DNA of 64,000 nucleotides from the human T2T-CHM13v2.0 reference genome, Homo sapiens: assembly GCF_009914755.1 (NCBI RefSeq), contig NC_060927.1. One strand, given 5' to 3'. Of the stretch, positions 27,169 to 42,374 are shown in pieces (the stretch's first letter is position 1; the number at the start of each line of letters is the position of its first letter). The notes under the pieces were generated by a model. It had not been told where the DNA came from, searched no databases, and saw nothing but the letters and a program-made list of their open reading frames with translations. Made by a program: the position numbers and the translations under genes.

Positions 27169-30100
27169 TTTTTTTTTAATAATTTCAACTTTTATTTTAG
27201 ATTCAGGGGGTACACGTGTAGGTTTGTTATCTAGGTATATAGCGTGATGCTGAGGTTTGGGATATGAATGATTCTGTCACTCAGAGAGTGAGCATTCAAC
27301 AGTTTTTCAACACTTGACTTCCTACTTCTCTCTTCCTTCTATTAGTCCTCAGTGTCTACTGTTGCCATCTTTATGTCTATGAGTACCCAATATTTAGCTC
27401 TGACTTGTAAGTGAAAACATGCAGTATTTTATCTTTTGTTCATGTTTAAATTTACTTAGTATAATGGCCTCCAGCTCCATCCATGTCACTACAAATGACA
27501 TAATTTCTTTCTTTTTAATGGCTGTGTAGTATTTCATGATGTATATGTGCCAAATTTTGTATCCAATCCACTGTTGTTGAGCATCTCCGTTGATTCTCTG
27601 TCTTTGCTATTATGAATAGTCAGCAATGAACATACAATTGCATGTGGTTTTGGTAGAATGATTTATTTTCTTTTAGATATATACCCAGTAATGAAATTGC
27701 TAGGTTAAATGGTAGTTCTGTTTTAAGTGCTTTGAGAAATCTCCAAACTGCTTTCCACAGTGGCTGAGCTAATTTACATTTCCACCAACAATATATGTGT
27801 TTTGTTTTCTCTGCAGCCTGGTAAGCATCTGTTTTGTTTTGTTTTGTTTTGTTTTGTTTTGTTTTGTTTTGTTTTTGACAGAAAAGCCATTCTGAGTGAT
27901 GTGAGTTACTATTTCATTGTGGTTTTGATTTGAATTTCTCTGATGATTAGTGATGATGAGCATTTTTTCGTATGTGTTGGCTGCTTGTATGTATGTCTTC
28001 TTTTGAGAACTGCATATTCATGTTGTTTGTCCACTTTTTAATGGAGTTATTTGTTTCTTTGCATATTGAACTGTTTAAGTTCCCTGTAGATTCTGGATAC
28101 TAGACCTTTGTTGTATGCATAGATTGAAAATATTTTCTCCCATTCTCTAGCTTGTCTGTTTATTCTGTTCATATTTATTTTGAGGTGCAGAAACTCTTCG
28201 GTTCAATTAGATCCCATTTGACAATATTTTTTAGGTTGCAATTGCTTTTGAGGACTTAGTCATAAATGATTTTTCAAGGCCAGTGTCGAGAATGGTATTT
28301 TCTAGGTTTTCTTCTAGGATTCTTATAGTTTGAGGTCTTACATTTAACTCTTTAATTCATCTTGAGTTAATTTTTATATATGATGAATGGTGGGGATCAA
28401 GTTTCATTCTTCATATAGCTAGCCAGCTATCTCAACTTCATTTATTGAATAGGGAGTTCTTTCCGCAGTGTTGATTTTTGTCAACTTTGTCAAAGAACAG
28501 ATAGGTGTGGGTGAGTGGCTTTATTTCCGGGTTCTGTATTCTATTCCATTGATCTATGTTTCTGTTTTTGTACCAGGACAATGGTGTTTTTGTTACTGTA
28601 GGCTTATAGAATAATGTTTGGTAATGTGATGCCACCAGCTTTGTTCTTTTTGTTTAGGGCTATTCGTTCTCTTATTTGGTTACATATAAATTTTAGAATA
28701 ATTTTTTATCTAATTCTGTGAAAAATGACATAGTGTGATATGAATAATGTTGAATATGTAGATTTCTTTGAGCAATATGGCCATTTTTTAAAATGATACT
28801 GATTCTTCCAATCCATGAGCGTGGAATGATTTTGCATTTGTTTGTGTCATCTACAATTTCTTTCATCAGTGTTTTGTAGTTCTCTTCACAGATATATTTT
28901 ACCTCCTTGGTTAGATGTATTCTTAGGTATTTTGCATCTTTTTTGTGGCTATTGTAAATGGGATTTCATTCTTTATTGACTTTCAGCTTGAACATTATTG
29001 GTATATAGAATTACTACTGATTTTTTACCGCCCATCAAGCTAAGAAGCTACTGATTTTTGTACATTGATTTTGTATCCTGAAATTTTATTGAGGTAGCTT
29101 ATCAGTCCCAGTAACCTTTTGGCAGAGTCTTTAGGGTTTTCTAGGTATGAAATTATATTATCAGTGAAGAGAGATAGTTTGACTTCTTCTTTTCCTACTT
29201 GAATGCATTTTATTTCTTCCCCTTGTCTAATTGCTCTGGCAAGGACTTCTAGTGCTATGTTGAATAAGAGTGGTGACAGTGGGCATCCTTGCCTTGTTCC
29301 TGTTCTCAAGGGGAATATTTCCAGCTTTTGTCTGTTCTGTATGATGATGGCTGTGGGTTTGTCATAGAAGACTCTTATATGTTGAACCAACCTTGCATCC
29401 CAGAAATAAAGCCTACTTGATCATGGCGAATTAACTTTTTCATGTGCTGCTGGATTCAGTTTGCTAGTATTTTGTTGAGGATTTTTGAATTTATCTTCGT
29501 TAGGGATATTGACCTGTAATTTTATATTTTCATGTGTCTTTGCCAGGTTTTGGCATCAGGGTGATGCTTGCTTCATAGAGTCAGTTAGGGAGGAGTCCTT
29601 CCTCAATTTTTTTTGAAATACCTTCAGTAGAATTGACACCAGCTCCTCTTTGTACATCTGGTAAAATTCAACTGCAAACCCATCTAGTACTGGGCTTTTT
29701 TCTGGTTAGTAGGTTTTGTTCTTTACTTATTCAATTTTAGGGCTCAATGTTGGTCGGTTAAAGGTTTCAATTTCTTCTTGATTCAATTTTGGGAGATTGT
29801 GTGTTTCTAGGAATTTATTTGTTTCCTGTAGATTTTCTAATTTATGTCCATATAGGTGTTCATAATAGTTTCTGAGGATATTTTATTTTTCTGTGGGATC
29901 TGTTGTAATGTCACATTTGTTGTTTCTAATTGTGCTTATTTGTATCTTGTCTCTTTTCTTTGTTAATCTAGCTAGCAGTTTATTGATCTTGTTTATTCTG
30001 TCAAGAACTGGCTTTTGGGTCTTGTTTATTCTGTCAAGAACTGGCTTTTGGGTTCATTAATTTTTTGTATGGATTTTTGGGTCTCAGTTTTGTTCAGTTC

Positions 30101-31490
30101 CAATCTGATTTTAGTTATTTCTCCTGCTAGCTTTGGGGTTAGTTTGTTCATATCTTTTTAGTTCCTCTAGGTGTAATGTTAGATAATTAATTTGAGATCT
30201 TTCTTTTTCTGGTAGGCATTTGTACTATAAACTTTACTCTTAACTCTGCTTTTGCTGCATCCCAGATATTTTGGTATGTTGTATCTCTATTTTCAGTTAT
30301 TTCAAAGAATTTTTTATTTTAGCTTTAATTTTGTTGTTTACCTGTAAGTCATTCAGTAGCAAATTGTTTAATTTTCATGTAATTGTGTAGTTTGGGAAGA
30401 TGTTCTTGGTATTGATTCCTATTTTCATTCCACTGTGGTCTAAAAGTATGGTTGGTATAATTTCAATTTTTTTTAATTTATTAAGACTTGCTTTATGGCT
30501 GAGTCTGTGGTCAATCTTGGATTATGCTTTGTGTTGAAATGAGAATTATATTCTGTGGTTAATGAGTGGCATGTTCTGTACATGTCAATTAGGTTTAATT
30601 GGTAAGTGTCAAATTTAAGTCCAGAATTTATTTGTTAGTTTTCTGCCTCAATGATCTATCTACACTGTAAGTGTGGTGTTGAAGTTCTCCACCACTATTG
30701 CATGACTGTCAAAGTCTTTTTTTAGGTCTAGAAGTAGCTGTTTTATGAATCTGAGTGCTTCAATGTTGGATGAGTATATGTTTATGACAGTTAAGTCTAT
30801 TTGTTGAACTGAAACTTCTGTCATTATGTAATGCCCGCTTTGTCCTTTTTTTTTTTTTTAGCCATTGTTGGTTTAAAATGTTTTCTGATATAAGAATAAT
30901 GACTTCTGCTCTTTATGTTTTCCATTTGTGTCATGGCTCTTTCTCCCAGCCTTTCCTTTGAGCATATGAGTGTTATTACTTATGAGATGGGTCTCTTGAA
31001 GATAGCAGATAGATGGGTCTTTTTTTAAAATTCAACTTGCAACTCTGGACCTTTTACATGAGGCGTTTAAACCATTTACTTTCAAAGTTGATATTGGTGT
31101 GTGAGATCTTGACCCTACTGTGAAGTCATTAGCTAGTTGCTGTTTCGTCTTTATTATGTGTTTGCTTTACAGGATCTGTGGGATATGTACTTCAGTGTTT
31201 TTTTTTTGTTTTGTTTTGTGGTAGCAGGTATCGTTCTTTCAGTTCCATGTTTACAAATCCCCTAAAGATCTCTTGTGAGGCTGGTCAAGTAGTAACAAAT
31301 TCTCTTAGTGCTTGCTTGTCTGAAAAATATTTTACTTCTTCTTCACTTATGAACCTTAGTTTGGCAGGATTTGAAATTCTTGATTGGAATTTCTTTTCTT
31401 TAAGAATGCTGAAAATAGGCTTCCAATCTCTTCTGGCTTGTAGCGTTTCTGCTGAGAACTCTGCTTTAGCCTGATGGGGTTCCCTTTGTA
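27169..31490 (-). mobile_element. L1PA (about PA15/16), ORF1 C-terminus through 3'UTR, inactive
   Basis: 3' end 'aacttttattttagattcagggggtacac'; RT motif [15 protein letters not shown] (ORF 29040-29390); ORF1 motif AEFSAETLQARRDW (ORF 31285-31536). Confidence 0.95.
27831..27876. repeat. (GTTTT)9 microsatellite within L1
   Basis: Read directly. Confidence 0.95.
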
Positions 31491-32169
31491 GAATTATTTG
31501 TAATAACTGTTCTGATAATGGAAGAGAAGATGTCATGTGGCAGGAAGTATGAAGACTATAAACTGAGACACTTCTGCCTTTTCATAACCTAAGATAAGTT
31601 ACTAAGAAAGCCCTACAAATTTTCTAATACAAAGTAAGAAATATTCAAAAGAGTTGGAGGTTGGGATGACAGTTATTTGAAATAGCATTGTGCTATATGC
31701 TAATATCTCCATATAGAAAATAGTCTCCCTTGTTTTCCACATCACTTGATTTAAAACTACAATAACACAAATATTATATATTTTTATAAAACAAATATAT
31801 TTTTAATCCAATTTCAAATGATTTTTCCCATAAACACCTATGAAGAGTAATCTATAGGCTGAGAGTAATGCTGTGTCTTGAGTCTATATTATTTGGCAAG
31901 GTAATCAAGGATAAGATTTTTTCAGGCAATAAATTATAAAAAGTACTGGACAGCACAAGGGTGATGAGAAATGCCTGGAGAATCCATTAGCTTTAATAAT
32001 TTTTACTAGTAATAAGAAACTCTTTTTGTAACATTATAAACATGCCAACATAGTTTTTTATCATTGGCTCATTATGGCACAATCTACATGAAATTCATCA
32101 ATCAACAATTATATCATTAGATACACTGAAACTACATACTATTTTTGAGATCTTTTCCTTTTATTCACC

Positions 32170-32390
32170 AAATGCCTACTACACATTACTAAGTAATTTA
32201 TACACTGTATCTCATAAAACCCTCACAACACTCTGTTAAAAAGTATCATTAACCCCATATCAAAAATAAGGGATCCAAAGCTTATGATGATTAATTTTCT
32301 TGACCAAGATATCCCAGGCCATACCTAATGGAACTATGTATTATCAAACTTATGAACATCTGATACCAAAAGCTATCACACCAGGCCCTA
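32170..32390 (-). mobile_element. MIR relic
   Basis: 'ctcataaaaccctcacaacactctg...cattaaccccatat'. Confidence 0.6.
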
Positions 32391-34043
32391 CCATGCGTCC
32401 TCACTTTCTCTTCCAGTATTCTGTCCTATATTATCTTCTGATTTCTTTCTTAAAGTAGTGCACAGGTTTGGAACCAGAGAAACTTAAAATAATATAGAAC
32501 TATATACAGCTTTAGAAGTTTAGAACTCATTGAAGTTCTAAAGCTCAATTTTATAACAATTTATACTCAATTTTCTTATATATAAAGTGAGAAAAATTAT
32601 CATGGAGAATCATTATAAAGATTAGAGGGAGATATATAGATACAGAGTTACAGATAATATACCTATTGAATGGGCTTATATATCTACATATTTATTTATC
32701 TGTATCAATAATTATATCTATATGTGTGTATATAAAATGCTTAGTATATACTTGTTAGCCAATATATGCTAAACACCACCTGTTTACCTCTAATCAATAT
32801 TATTTGAAATCAGCAGGCACCTCTATTCATCATGCTCTTTACCAATGCAAAGTGATTCTGCTATTACCTACCAAAAGTCCATGTCTTACTAAATTCCGTG
32901 GCTTTAAGTGAAAAACTGTATATTGTAGACTGAGTGCTGACTGGAAGACCATTCATTTGTTTAACAAAAATATGGTTAATGATTCTGTCTAAAAATTAAA
33001 AATGGTATATTATTGCCCAATCTATAGATGCAGGATATAATATTATCATTAATAATACTATATTTAGGTAATTGCTGTCATTTATAAAACACCTACTACT
33101 GACAAACAGAATGAGCTGCACTGAACAAATAGTATCTCGCTTAATTTATCTAGGCAGCTTATTGACTCATGAAGATTTTACTATACAATCGCTTCATGCC
33201 CACTTATGCTTGAGTTATAGTAGAAAATTAAAGAGGAGGGGCATGGAAGAGTGAATGCTTTAATTCTTGTTAAAGAATAATAAATGGTTTTAAGAAAAGT
33301 ACTTCTGCTTCTGCCCTCCAGTGAACAAGATTTTCCAAAGGACCTTTCTTTTCTGGAATACAAAATATCAGCTACTGCACAATAAGCACAATGTGGAGTA
33401 TGGTTCCTGGAAAAGCACCTCACTGTGGCTCATGAAACTAGGCTCTGACAGCTGCCCATGAGAGCAGTCCACAACTGATGTTCACAATTGTATCCTATAA
33501 TTGGTACTGCTTTTATTTATTTTCTTTTTGGCCCATTAATATTCAAAAGAAGAAACTTGGGTTTGATTTCCTTTACCACCTTACCATCGTGTCTTTGATC
33601 ACACTACCCATATCTGAAGTGACAATACTGCTAATGTGTCATCATGAGGTACTTCACGCCTTTTTGGAAGCTGTCCATTTAAAAAATTGTTAGAACTTCT
33701 ATTAAATACATTTCTCAAATAATAGTCTTCCTTTCCACAAGAGTCTGTGATTGTTTAACTTACTATTCTTAATATATCTATGTGAATTCAAGCTAAACTT
33801 TTTTCTTACTTGATTTTGAAAAAACAAACTGTAAAGCCTTAAACAGGAAGATAATTAACACTATAGTCTTCAGTGAAGAGATAGCCTCTGCTTTTAAGAG
33901 AAAATCATTTTCTAAAAAAGTGACACATTAACCAGTTAGTTTTCTCTAACTTAAATTTGCTAATAAGATTAAATGCTAAATGCGGCATTGTTGGGGAGCA
34001 GAGGAAGAGGGAAAGGAAGAGAAAGCTACAGAGTGTGGCACAC

Positions 34044-34234
34044 TTTCTTTTTTTTCTTTTGAGATGGAGTCTCGCTCTGCCATGCGCCACCATGCCCAGC
34101 TATTTTTTGTATTTTTAGTACAGACAGGGCTTCACCATGTTGGCCAGGATGGTCTCGAACTCCTGACCTTGTGATCCACCTGCTTCAGCCTCCCAAAGTG
34201 CTGGGATTACAGGCTTGAGCCACTGTGCCTCGCC
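34044..34234 (-). mobile_element. AluS with a large internal deletion in the right arm
   Basis: gagatggagtctcgctctgc joined directly to catgcgccaccatgccc; TSD agtgtggcac(a/g)cttt. Confidence 0.93.
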
Positions 34235-34644
34235 AAGTGTGGCACGCTTTTGAGAAAGGATAGAAATGGGGAACTAAGATATCAAACCCTTGAGGTAACA
34301 GATTGCCAATGTCAAAATAAAGGAGAGCACTAACACCAGATTCACAGTAATAATTTCAAATGTTGTGTATAAGACTAACCCGGAAGATCAAAACATATCT
34401 CAGGAAGGTTGTCAGCAGTGTAGAATATATACCTAATTTTATCTCACAAAAGTAAGTAAAAAAGTGGAGTGCTGAGCTGTATTTGAGAGGCATTTTATTA
34501 TTCTGGTGTTATTGAAAGTATCAAATAAGGGCAAAGTACTTTTTCCAACGTCTTTCCAAACATTTCTTTGATTTGTGTTTAAGAGTCTTAGAGATTTCAA
34601 GCTTTAATTCATCACTGTGATACCAGTGCAATTTAAAGCAGAAG

Positions 34645-35749
34645 AAAGAAAAAGGGATGGGTAACGTAAAAATCTGGATCAATATGCTGGTTCTGGGCAA
34701 TTATCCTGCAAGTTCTGCCAGGTAATGAAAGTGACTAGGGTGCCCATAACCTGGAGGTTTCTTTGTTTTGGAAATAAAACCAAGGAACTTCATAAACCAC
34801 TAAAGGGAAATTCTATATCTTGGCAAGTAAAATTTTAGATGGAAATTATCTGCTACACCACACTTGTGGGAATTGCTATACTCATTCTACTATTTGCAGC
34901 AGGGTTATACATGGTAGCACCTTCTAACTGAAATATTGGACAGAGGGTTTATGTCTTATATTAATATTTGGACCCTGTATACTCAATCCTATAACTCGAA
35001 TTGTTTCCTCTCACCTAGAAGCAATCAAACTCCAAATGGTGCCTCAGACTGAACCACATATGGACACGCCATTTTTCCAAGCACCCTAGGAGGAACCCTA
35101 GCTGCTGTTCCCCTTTCGACCCCCTTTTTCAGCAGGAAGTGGCCAAAAAGAGTCATCTCCCAAAACCCACTAACAGCAGTTAGGGCGACATCTCCATAGG
35201 TGCGAATATTATAGGAGTTATTAAGAAATTATTTTAGACAGGTAGAGAGGAAAGGGGCCCTTGGGAAGTTTTTGTTTCTTTTAAAGCAGCTCTTAGAGCA
35301 GGGCCAGCAAGCTTTGATATGCAAATGCAGGCCATTGGAAACTGGGTCCACCCAAACGTGGCAATTCCTGCCTTCTTCTTCCTTGCCCCGACATGTGCCT
35401 GGCAACATAACCGCTCTCACATATCCACAATGTCTGTAGAATATCATGGCACCCTGCATTTGCATGTTAAAAGTCTAGGGTGGCAGGGCCAGGTGTTTCA
35501 CATGAATGACATGCATGGACAAAGCAATCCCCTGAGCCCTATACAAATCAGACACCACCTCCTCCAGCCTCCTTATATAAGCAGCCACCTTTCCACCACA
35601 CACAGGGGGTTTTCTGTCTGTTCAAATTCACCCTCCCTCTGTCTCTGTACAGGGGAGCTATTTTCTTCTTCCTTCCTTCTTTCTTGCTTATTAAACTCTC
35701 CACTCCTTAAAACCAAAAATAAATACATAAATAAATAAAAATAATAAAT
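34645..35749 (+). pseudogene. ERV1 3' fragment (env TM remnant plus U3-R of a MER61/LTR9-like LTR) with A-rich tail and TSD; probable L1-retroposed ERV transcript
   Basis: 34961-35089 translates LIFGPCILNPITRIVSSHLEAIKLQMVPQTEPHM (gamma-type env TM/cytoplasmic tail); LTR from 35207; ATTAAA 35690-35695; tail from about 35715; TSD aaagcaga(a/g)g. Confidence 0.8.
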
Positions 35750-36299
35750 AAAGCAGAGGTAAATGGGCTGTGTATGAGTGCTCAAGGTAGTACCTTTATA
35801 GAACTAGAAAAAAAAGGAAAAAGAAATCATCCATATTTCAAAGGTAAAGAGGCTGAAATATTTAAGTTCTACTTTTCACAAGATGATAAAGTGTCTTTGG
35901 TTGTGCAGGCTGTTGCTTTCAAATCCAAACACGGAGAGAGTACAGGATGGTACATTTGAAGACTGGAGGAGTGTTAGGTGATCTTTTGCCTCCTCTGGAT
36001 TTGCACTAACCCCAAATTGGATATCCAAAGATTCTGTCACATTAGTTTAAATCTTTGCTTAATTTTACTTTGCTAAGGGGCTATAGGCAGCTGTTTCCCC
36101 AGGTAAATCAGTGATGAAGTAAACAGAAAAGTCAAGCGTACTGATTCTCTGCTGATTTGAAGACAAACTCCAAATTATAAAAATTGTTATGAGCCATGAT
36201 GGAAATCATATTACTTTTACATTTGGTCATATAAGAAGCTGTTTTTATTTCCTAAACCAAAGGCACTGGTGGAAACTACCTGATCCATGAATTTAATAT

Positions 36300-38150
36300 A
36301 TATTTTTTATTCAGCAATTAAGCACTGAGTTACTACAATGTACTTGGTACTCTTATAAGTTCTGGGGATACAGCAATGAACAAGAAAGTGGTTAGGGCTG
36401 TGTTTTCGTGTGTATAGAGGTGATAGAACTTGGATGGTAAATAAATAGACGAGCAGATAGGAAAAGGTACTAAATTGTGAAAAGTACTGAGGAAAGAATG
36501 AACCACTGCCTAAGATTTGATTGACAGATAAATTTTAGTTGATATTTAAGTTGAGACCAAGTGGCAAAATAAATCAATGAAAGATTAAGGGGAGCAGTTG
36601 GCACATGGGCTTCTGTGTGCTAATGAGGGAGGAATGCCCAGTGTGCCTTTATGGAAGTGGGTGAAAGGAAGAGTGCTAAAGGAAATGCCATGGGTTAACC
36701 AGGGAGTAAATCATGTAAGACTTTACAGTCAAGGTAAGGAATCTGGATTCATTCTAAGTGTGATGGGAAGTCACGGAGGGTTTTAAGTAAGGGCGTAACA
36801 TGGTTTGATTTATAATTTTAAAATACTGTCTTGGCTACTGTACTAATTGTTAGCTAAAGTACAACCAAAAAAATAAGAAAAAATGAGTGGCTATTTCTCT
36901 GAAGTGTTCATTCTCTTTTGTTTAGTCTGAAATATATGAGTGCCAATTCTGAGACAAGCACTACTATTTACAATGTGAGCTAACTCAAACAGTGGTCTTT
37001 ACTCGCATAGAACTTACTGTCTGAGAAGGGAAATAGACATTAATTTAATAATCATGCCAATAAAATAATAATGAAAAGTCCTCAAAGGAAGAAAACAAGG
37101 TTATATCTGACCGTATAATAATGGATCCAAATCTGACTGGGAAGTCACTGAAGGCTTTAAATGGGCTGCAATAAAAAGAATGAATACCAGTCAACTGATT
37201 ATATTACCTTAAGTGCAATGAAGGTTTTAAACAGGGATGGAGGGGTGAGGGAGTAACATGATTCAATGTGAGTTTTTAAATTTATTTTTTAATTGGCAAA
37301 AAAAAATTGTATATGATGTTTGTGGTGTACACCATGACTTTTGAAAAATGTATATGTTGTGGAATGACTAAATCGAGCTAATTAACATATGCATTACCTC
37401 ACATATTTATCATTTTTTGTGGTGAGAACACGTAAAATCTACTCTCTTAGCAATTTTCAAATATGCAATATATTGTTATTAACTGTAGTCATCATATTGT
37501 CCAGTGGATCTCTTGAACTTATTCCTCCTGACTGAACAACGTAAGATTTAAAGTGATCACTCATTCTGGCTTCAGTTGAAGAATGGATAGGAGCAAGAGC
37601 AGAATGAAAGTAGAGGAACTTGTTAGGAGGTCCACTAATAGTAGGTAAGGACCGAGTGAAGGTAACAATAAAAAGAAAAACTGATTCCATGGATATTGAG
37701 ATGATAAAGGTAATTAATTGGCCTTGGTGATGGATTAGATAGGCAGAGTTAGGGATACAGTAGGAGAGTACCTGAGCAAATGAATAAATGAAGATTTTGT
37801 TTACTATGAGACGGAATAATGAAAGAGGACAAGGATAGAAGAGGAAGACCACAAATATGGTCATGTATGTCATGAATTAATGATATCTTGAAAATATGCA
37901 AGTGATAGGTCAAATCAGTAGTTGGATCAACTAGCCCAGAGAAGAGCTCTGGGCTAGAGAAATAAATCTGAACACCACCACAGTAATTAGAACTGTGGAT
38001 GTGTTTAAGTCTCTCAGTGAGAGACTATAACAGAAAAAGTTATTTTAAGGCTTCAAAAATCTACAGGATTTGGTGACCCAGTAGAAAAGGAACTGCTTGC
38101 AAGAGAAACCAAAACGGCATGGTCAGAGAGGTGGCATTTCAAGAATGCCA
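36300..38150 (-). mobile_element. Fragmented L2 relics
   Basis: 'aagcactgagttactacaatgtacttggtac...ctggggatacagcaatgaacaag' and 'ggattcattctaagtgtgatgggaagtcacggagggttttaag'. Confidence 0.7.
37273..37536 (-). mobile_element. L1MA (about MA7/8) 3' end
   Basis: 'aattaacatatgcattacctcacat...gtggtgagaacacgtaaaatctactctcttagcaattttcaa'. Confidence 0.88.
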
Positions 38151-38166
38151 AATAATATCAAATAAT

Positions 38167-38630
38167 TATCAGGAACTACAAAGATTCTGTGAGTTTTCAC
38201 CATCTGCAAGCTAATAAGTTAGTCTGTTACTATTTTAGCAAAGCTGTCAGAAAACACATGACTCTTGGTTCAGAGACAAAGGACTGCATTATTCATAGCA
38301 CAAACAGTAGTTCAGAGGGCAACATGATGCTTGCATGGGTTCCCCCATCCTCCAGGTCCATGGAATAACACAAAGTGCCCATAATGGATGCCTGCACATG
38401 CAGTGGGTTGCATTACTGGAGGGAAACTTAGGAAGTTTGGAAGATTCACCACTTATATGGTAAAGTGGAAACAAGTATGTGGTTTTTCTTTTGGAAAATG
38501 CTACCTTATTTCTCAGGGTTGCTTGCTGGAAATACAACCCAGAGAAATGGCCCAAGTAAAGTATAGCAAGGGCTTTGCTTTCACAGCATGCCCAGGAAGA
38601 ACATACAGGGATGCTTAAGGCCCCTTGTAG
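38167..38630 (-). mobile_element. LTR41/LTR40-like ERVL LTR
   Basis: 'gcaagctaataagttagtctg...ggttcagagacaaaggac' parallels the element at 22.3 kb. Confidence 0.65.
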
Positions 38631-38791
38631 ATTGCTTCTTTGAACAATGATCCTGAAGAGATAAGCAAATTGAGGACAGGAAAAATCTTGAATTTAGCAA
38701 AATGGAGATCATTGTTAACCTTATTAAGAGCTGTTTTGTCAGAGTGATGTAATGTAAAAACATACTACAGTGGGCTGAAAAGTGAATGTGA

Positions 38792-39133
<342 letters not shown>

Positions 39134-39385
39134 GAAAAGTGAATGTGGGATATGAGAGAGAATAGAGACCACAAACATAGAATAGTTGCTTTTTTTTTTT
39201 TAAGAAGTGCAATTGTAAGGTGATAAAAATAGAAATATCTTTAGGTGGGATATTGAAATGAGAGAAGATATTTTTGTTAGTCATTGGGTTATGTTTAAAA
39301 ACTAATGGAAATGATCAAATGAAATGGTCTACAAACATCAGAATATAAATGGCTATTATATGTTCATTAACCCTGGATATGACAT

Positions 39386-40216
<831 letters not shown>

Positions 40217-42374
40217 GCAAATGTCTTTTTTCAGGAGTGTATAATGTTGAGAGCACTACTTAAATGTTCATTCTTAGAAAAACCTCAAAAAGGGAAGTAA
40301 AAGAAGAGGGAATAAAAACTCTTTAAGAAAATATTCTCTTAGCAAAATGAGAATTCAATATGTTAGCCTAATTAATAGATATTCCATTATCAAACACTTT
40401 GCATTTGTTAATAAAATACTTCAAAAGAAAATGGGAAATACAATTTCTTTTAAGTATATAAGAAAATGATTAGAATGGTAGAGTGGCTTTGTGAAATGGT
40501 CTAAGCTGATTTGTAGAGCAGGAAGCTTAAGCAATGGTTCCTCCAGACTTTAAAAAAAATTACCTAACCACTATGGTTTTACATCTTCTCATCTGCACAT
40601 AAAGAGTTCTATTACATTACTTCCCCCAGAATGACTATGGGAATTATTTTAACAACATATGTTTCTAGTATAAGTGTCTGTTCTTGTGTAAATTGAATGT
40701 AACACCTAACTGAGGCATTCTTGATGTTGAAATTATTTCTGTTTACTTACCAGTAATGTTTGTTCTTATAGTTATATATAATTCGTATTCTTTTAACACA
40801 GATTCCAAGCTTTTTCATACTTTTTTAAATTCCAGTTTCCCTGAGAATGTATTTTGGGGTCTACCTTGGATGCCCTCTTTAATTCTTTCAGAGGTAATGT
40901 TCATGCATTCACATGGGTCCTGCTTATAGCTCATTAAAGGAAGCACACATCTGCACCTACTGCCTAACAAAGACTCTCCAGTGGGCCAACTAGAGTCAAT
41001 CTTCCAGAAGTTTAATGTAGATCAGGTTCTACAATCTCTGGCTCCAAAACATTTTCTCTGTTTTATAGTAATATTGATAACTATTATTGTTATTACTTTG
41101 AGGAAGTGAAAATATCTCATACTTCTGCTGGCTAAAGAGTCTTTGAAATATTTCCGCAATGCCTACAGGGTTAGATATTAATAAGCTTCTACTTGTAACA
41201 AAATTGAGACACAAGTTAAAGACTCTGACCACGTGATCAGAGAAATATTCCAGCAACATCAAAGGTAAACAGGACTCTCACAGATAAGCCAAAAGGACAC
41301 ATAATTATTTGAGCAAATGGAGAAGAACAATTTGTTCAAGTTGTTGAAGTCATTTCAGATTATTGCCAAGAATTCTCAGAATATCCTCTGAATGTATACT
41401 TCTGTGCTGAAAACAAAACCACATGCTCATAGGAAATGTCACAATTAAGAATCTTGTTTACCTAGCTGTTTAAAAAAACATGCCAGGGTAGGCAATGAAG
41501 GTTACATCCTCACTGTGCAGGTCAGTGCTTATCAAATCAAAATGGTTCAACCACCTAAAAAAAAAAATCTTCATACAAAGGACGAAATAGCAGGCATACC
41601 AGCCTAGCTTTGCACGCTGGCTATGTGCACACTGTACCTCCAAAAACAGCCTCTGGTCATAATAGTTCTGGAAATATGTTGTGGCTTTTTTCAAGATAAA
41701 TAAAACATGAAAAGTGAATTTGTTTATAAAAATAAACCCATCTTAACTTTTCATTTATACTAGCATGCTTTTATATGATGGCTTGCCCTTCAAAAAATTG
41801 GAGCTTACCTTGAAGATCTCTGCAATATCAAGGTCTTAAGTTCCTAAGAGTAAGTTTTATCTTTGTTATTATTATCATTTAAAAGCTATTCAGTGTATTA
41901 GCAACTAGAGATGTAATTATCTTACATCTCTAGTTGCATACACAAACTTTCAGTATAAGTTTATAGTCTCTATTAAATTGTTTTAATTATATGCATTTGA
42001 GTATAAATAAAAACATAGAAACTTATCTAAATATTTTTCCCCCTGTATCAGCAGCTAGGCTTTGAGGTCAGGGAAAGGAGTGATATTCTATATGAAAAAT
42101 AATCAAGATACTTTGAAAAAAAACTTTTCTCAGTTCAGTACCCTAGAGATTACATTTAATGTTCTTTCTTAAATTTAACTCTCTATGAAATTGAGAGATT
42201 AAAGTACTATGTCTAGTATCAGTTATTTTCTAATAGCCCAGCACATTCTCAAGAGAAAAACATACTATTAAAATTATAAAGGATATTTATAATGTTTATT
42301 TTAAAATGGTTAATGCTCCTTTTAAATGCATGATTTTTAATACTTAATTGTGTTTATTTTTACTATAAATATAC

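Noticed and set aside
34961-35089. Syncytin-like domesticated env gene
   Set aside because: Only about 42 codons of TM/cytoplasmic tail remain. I see no SU domain, fusion peptide or long ORF.
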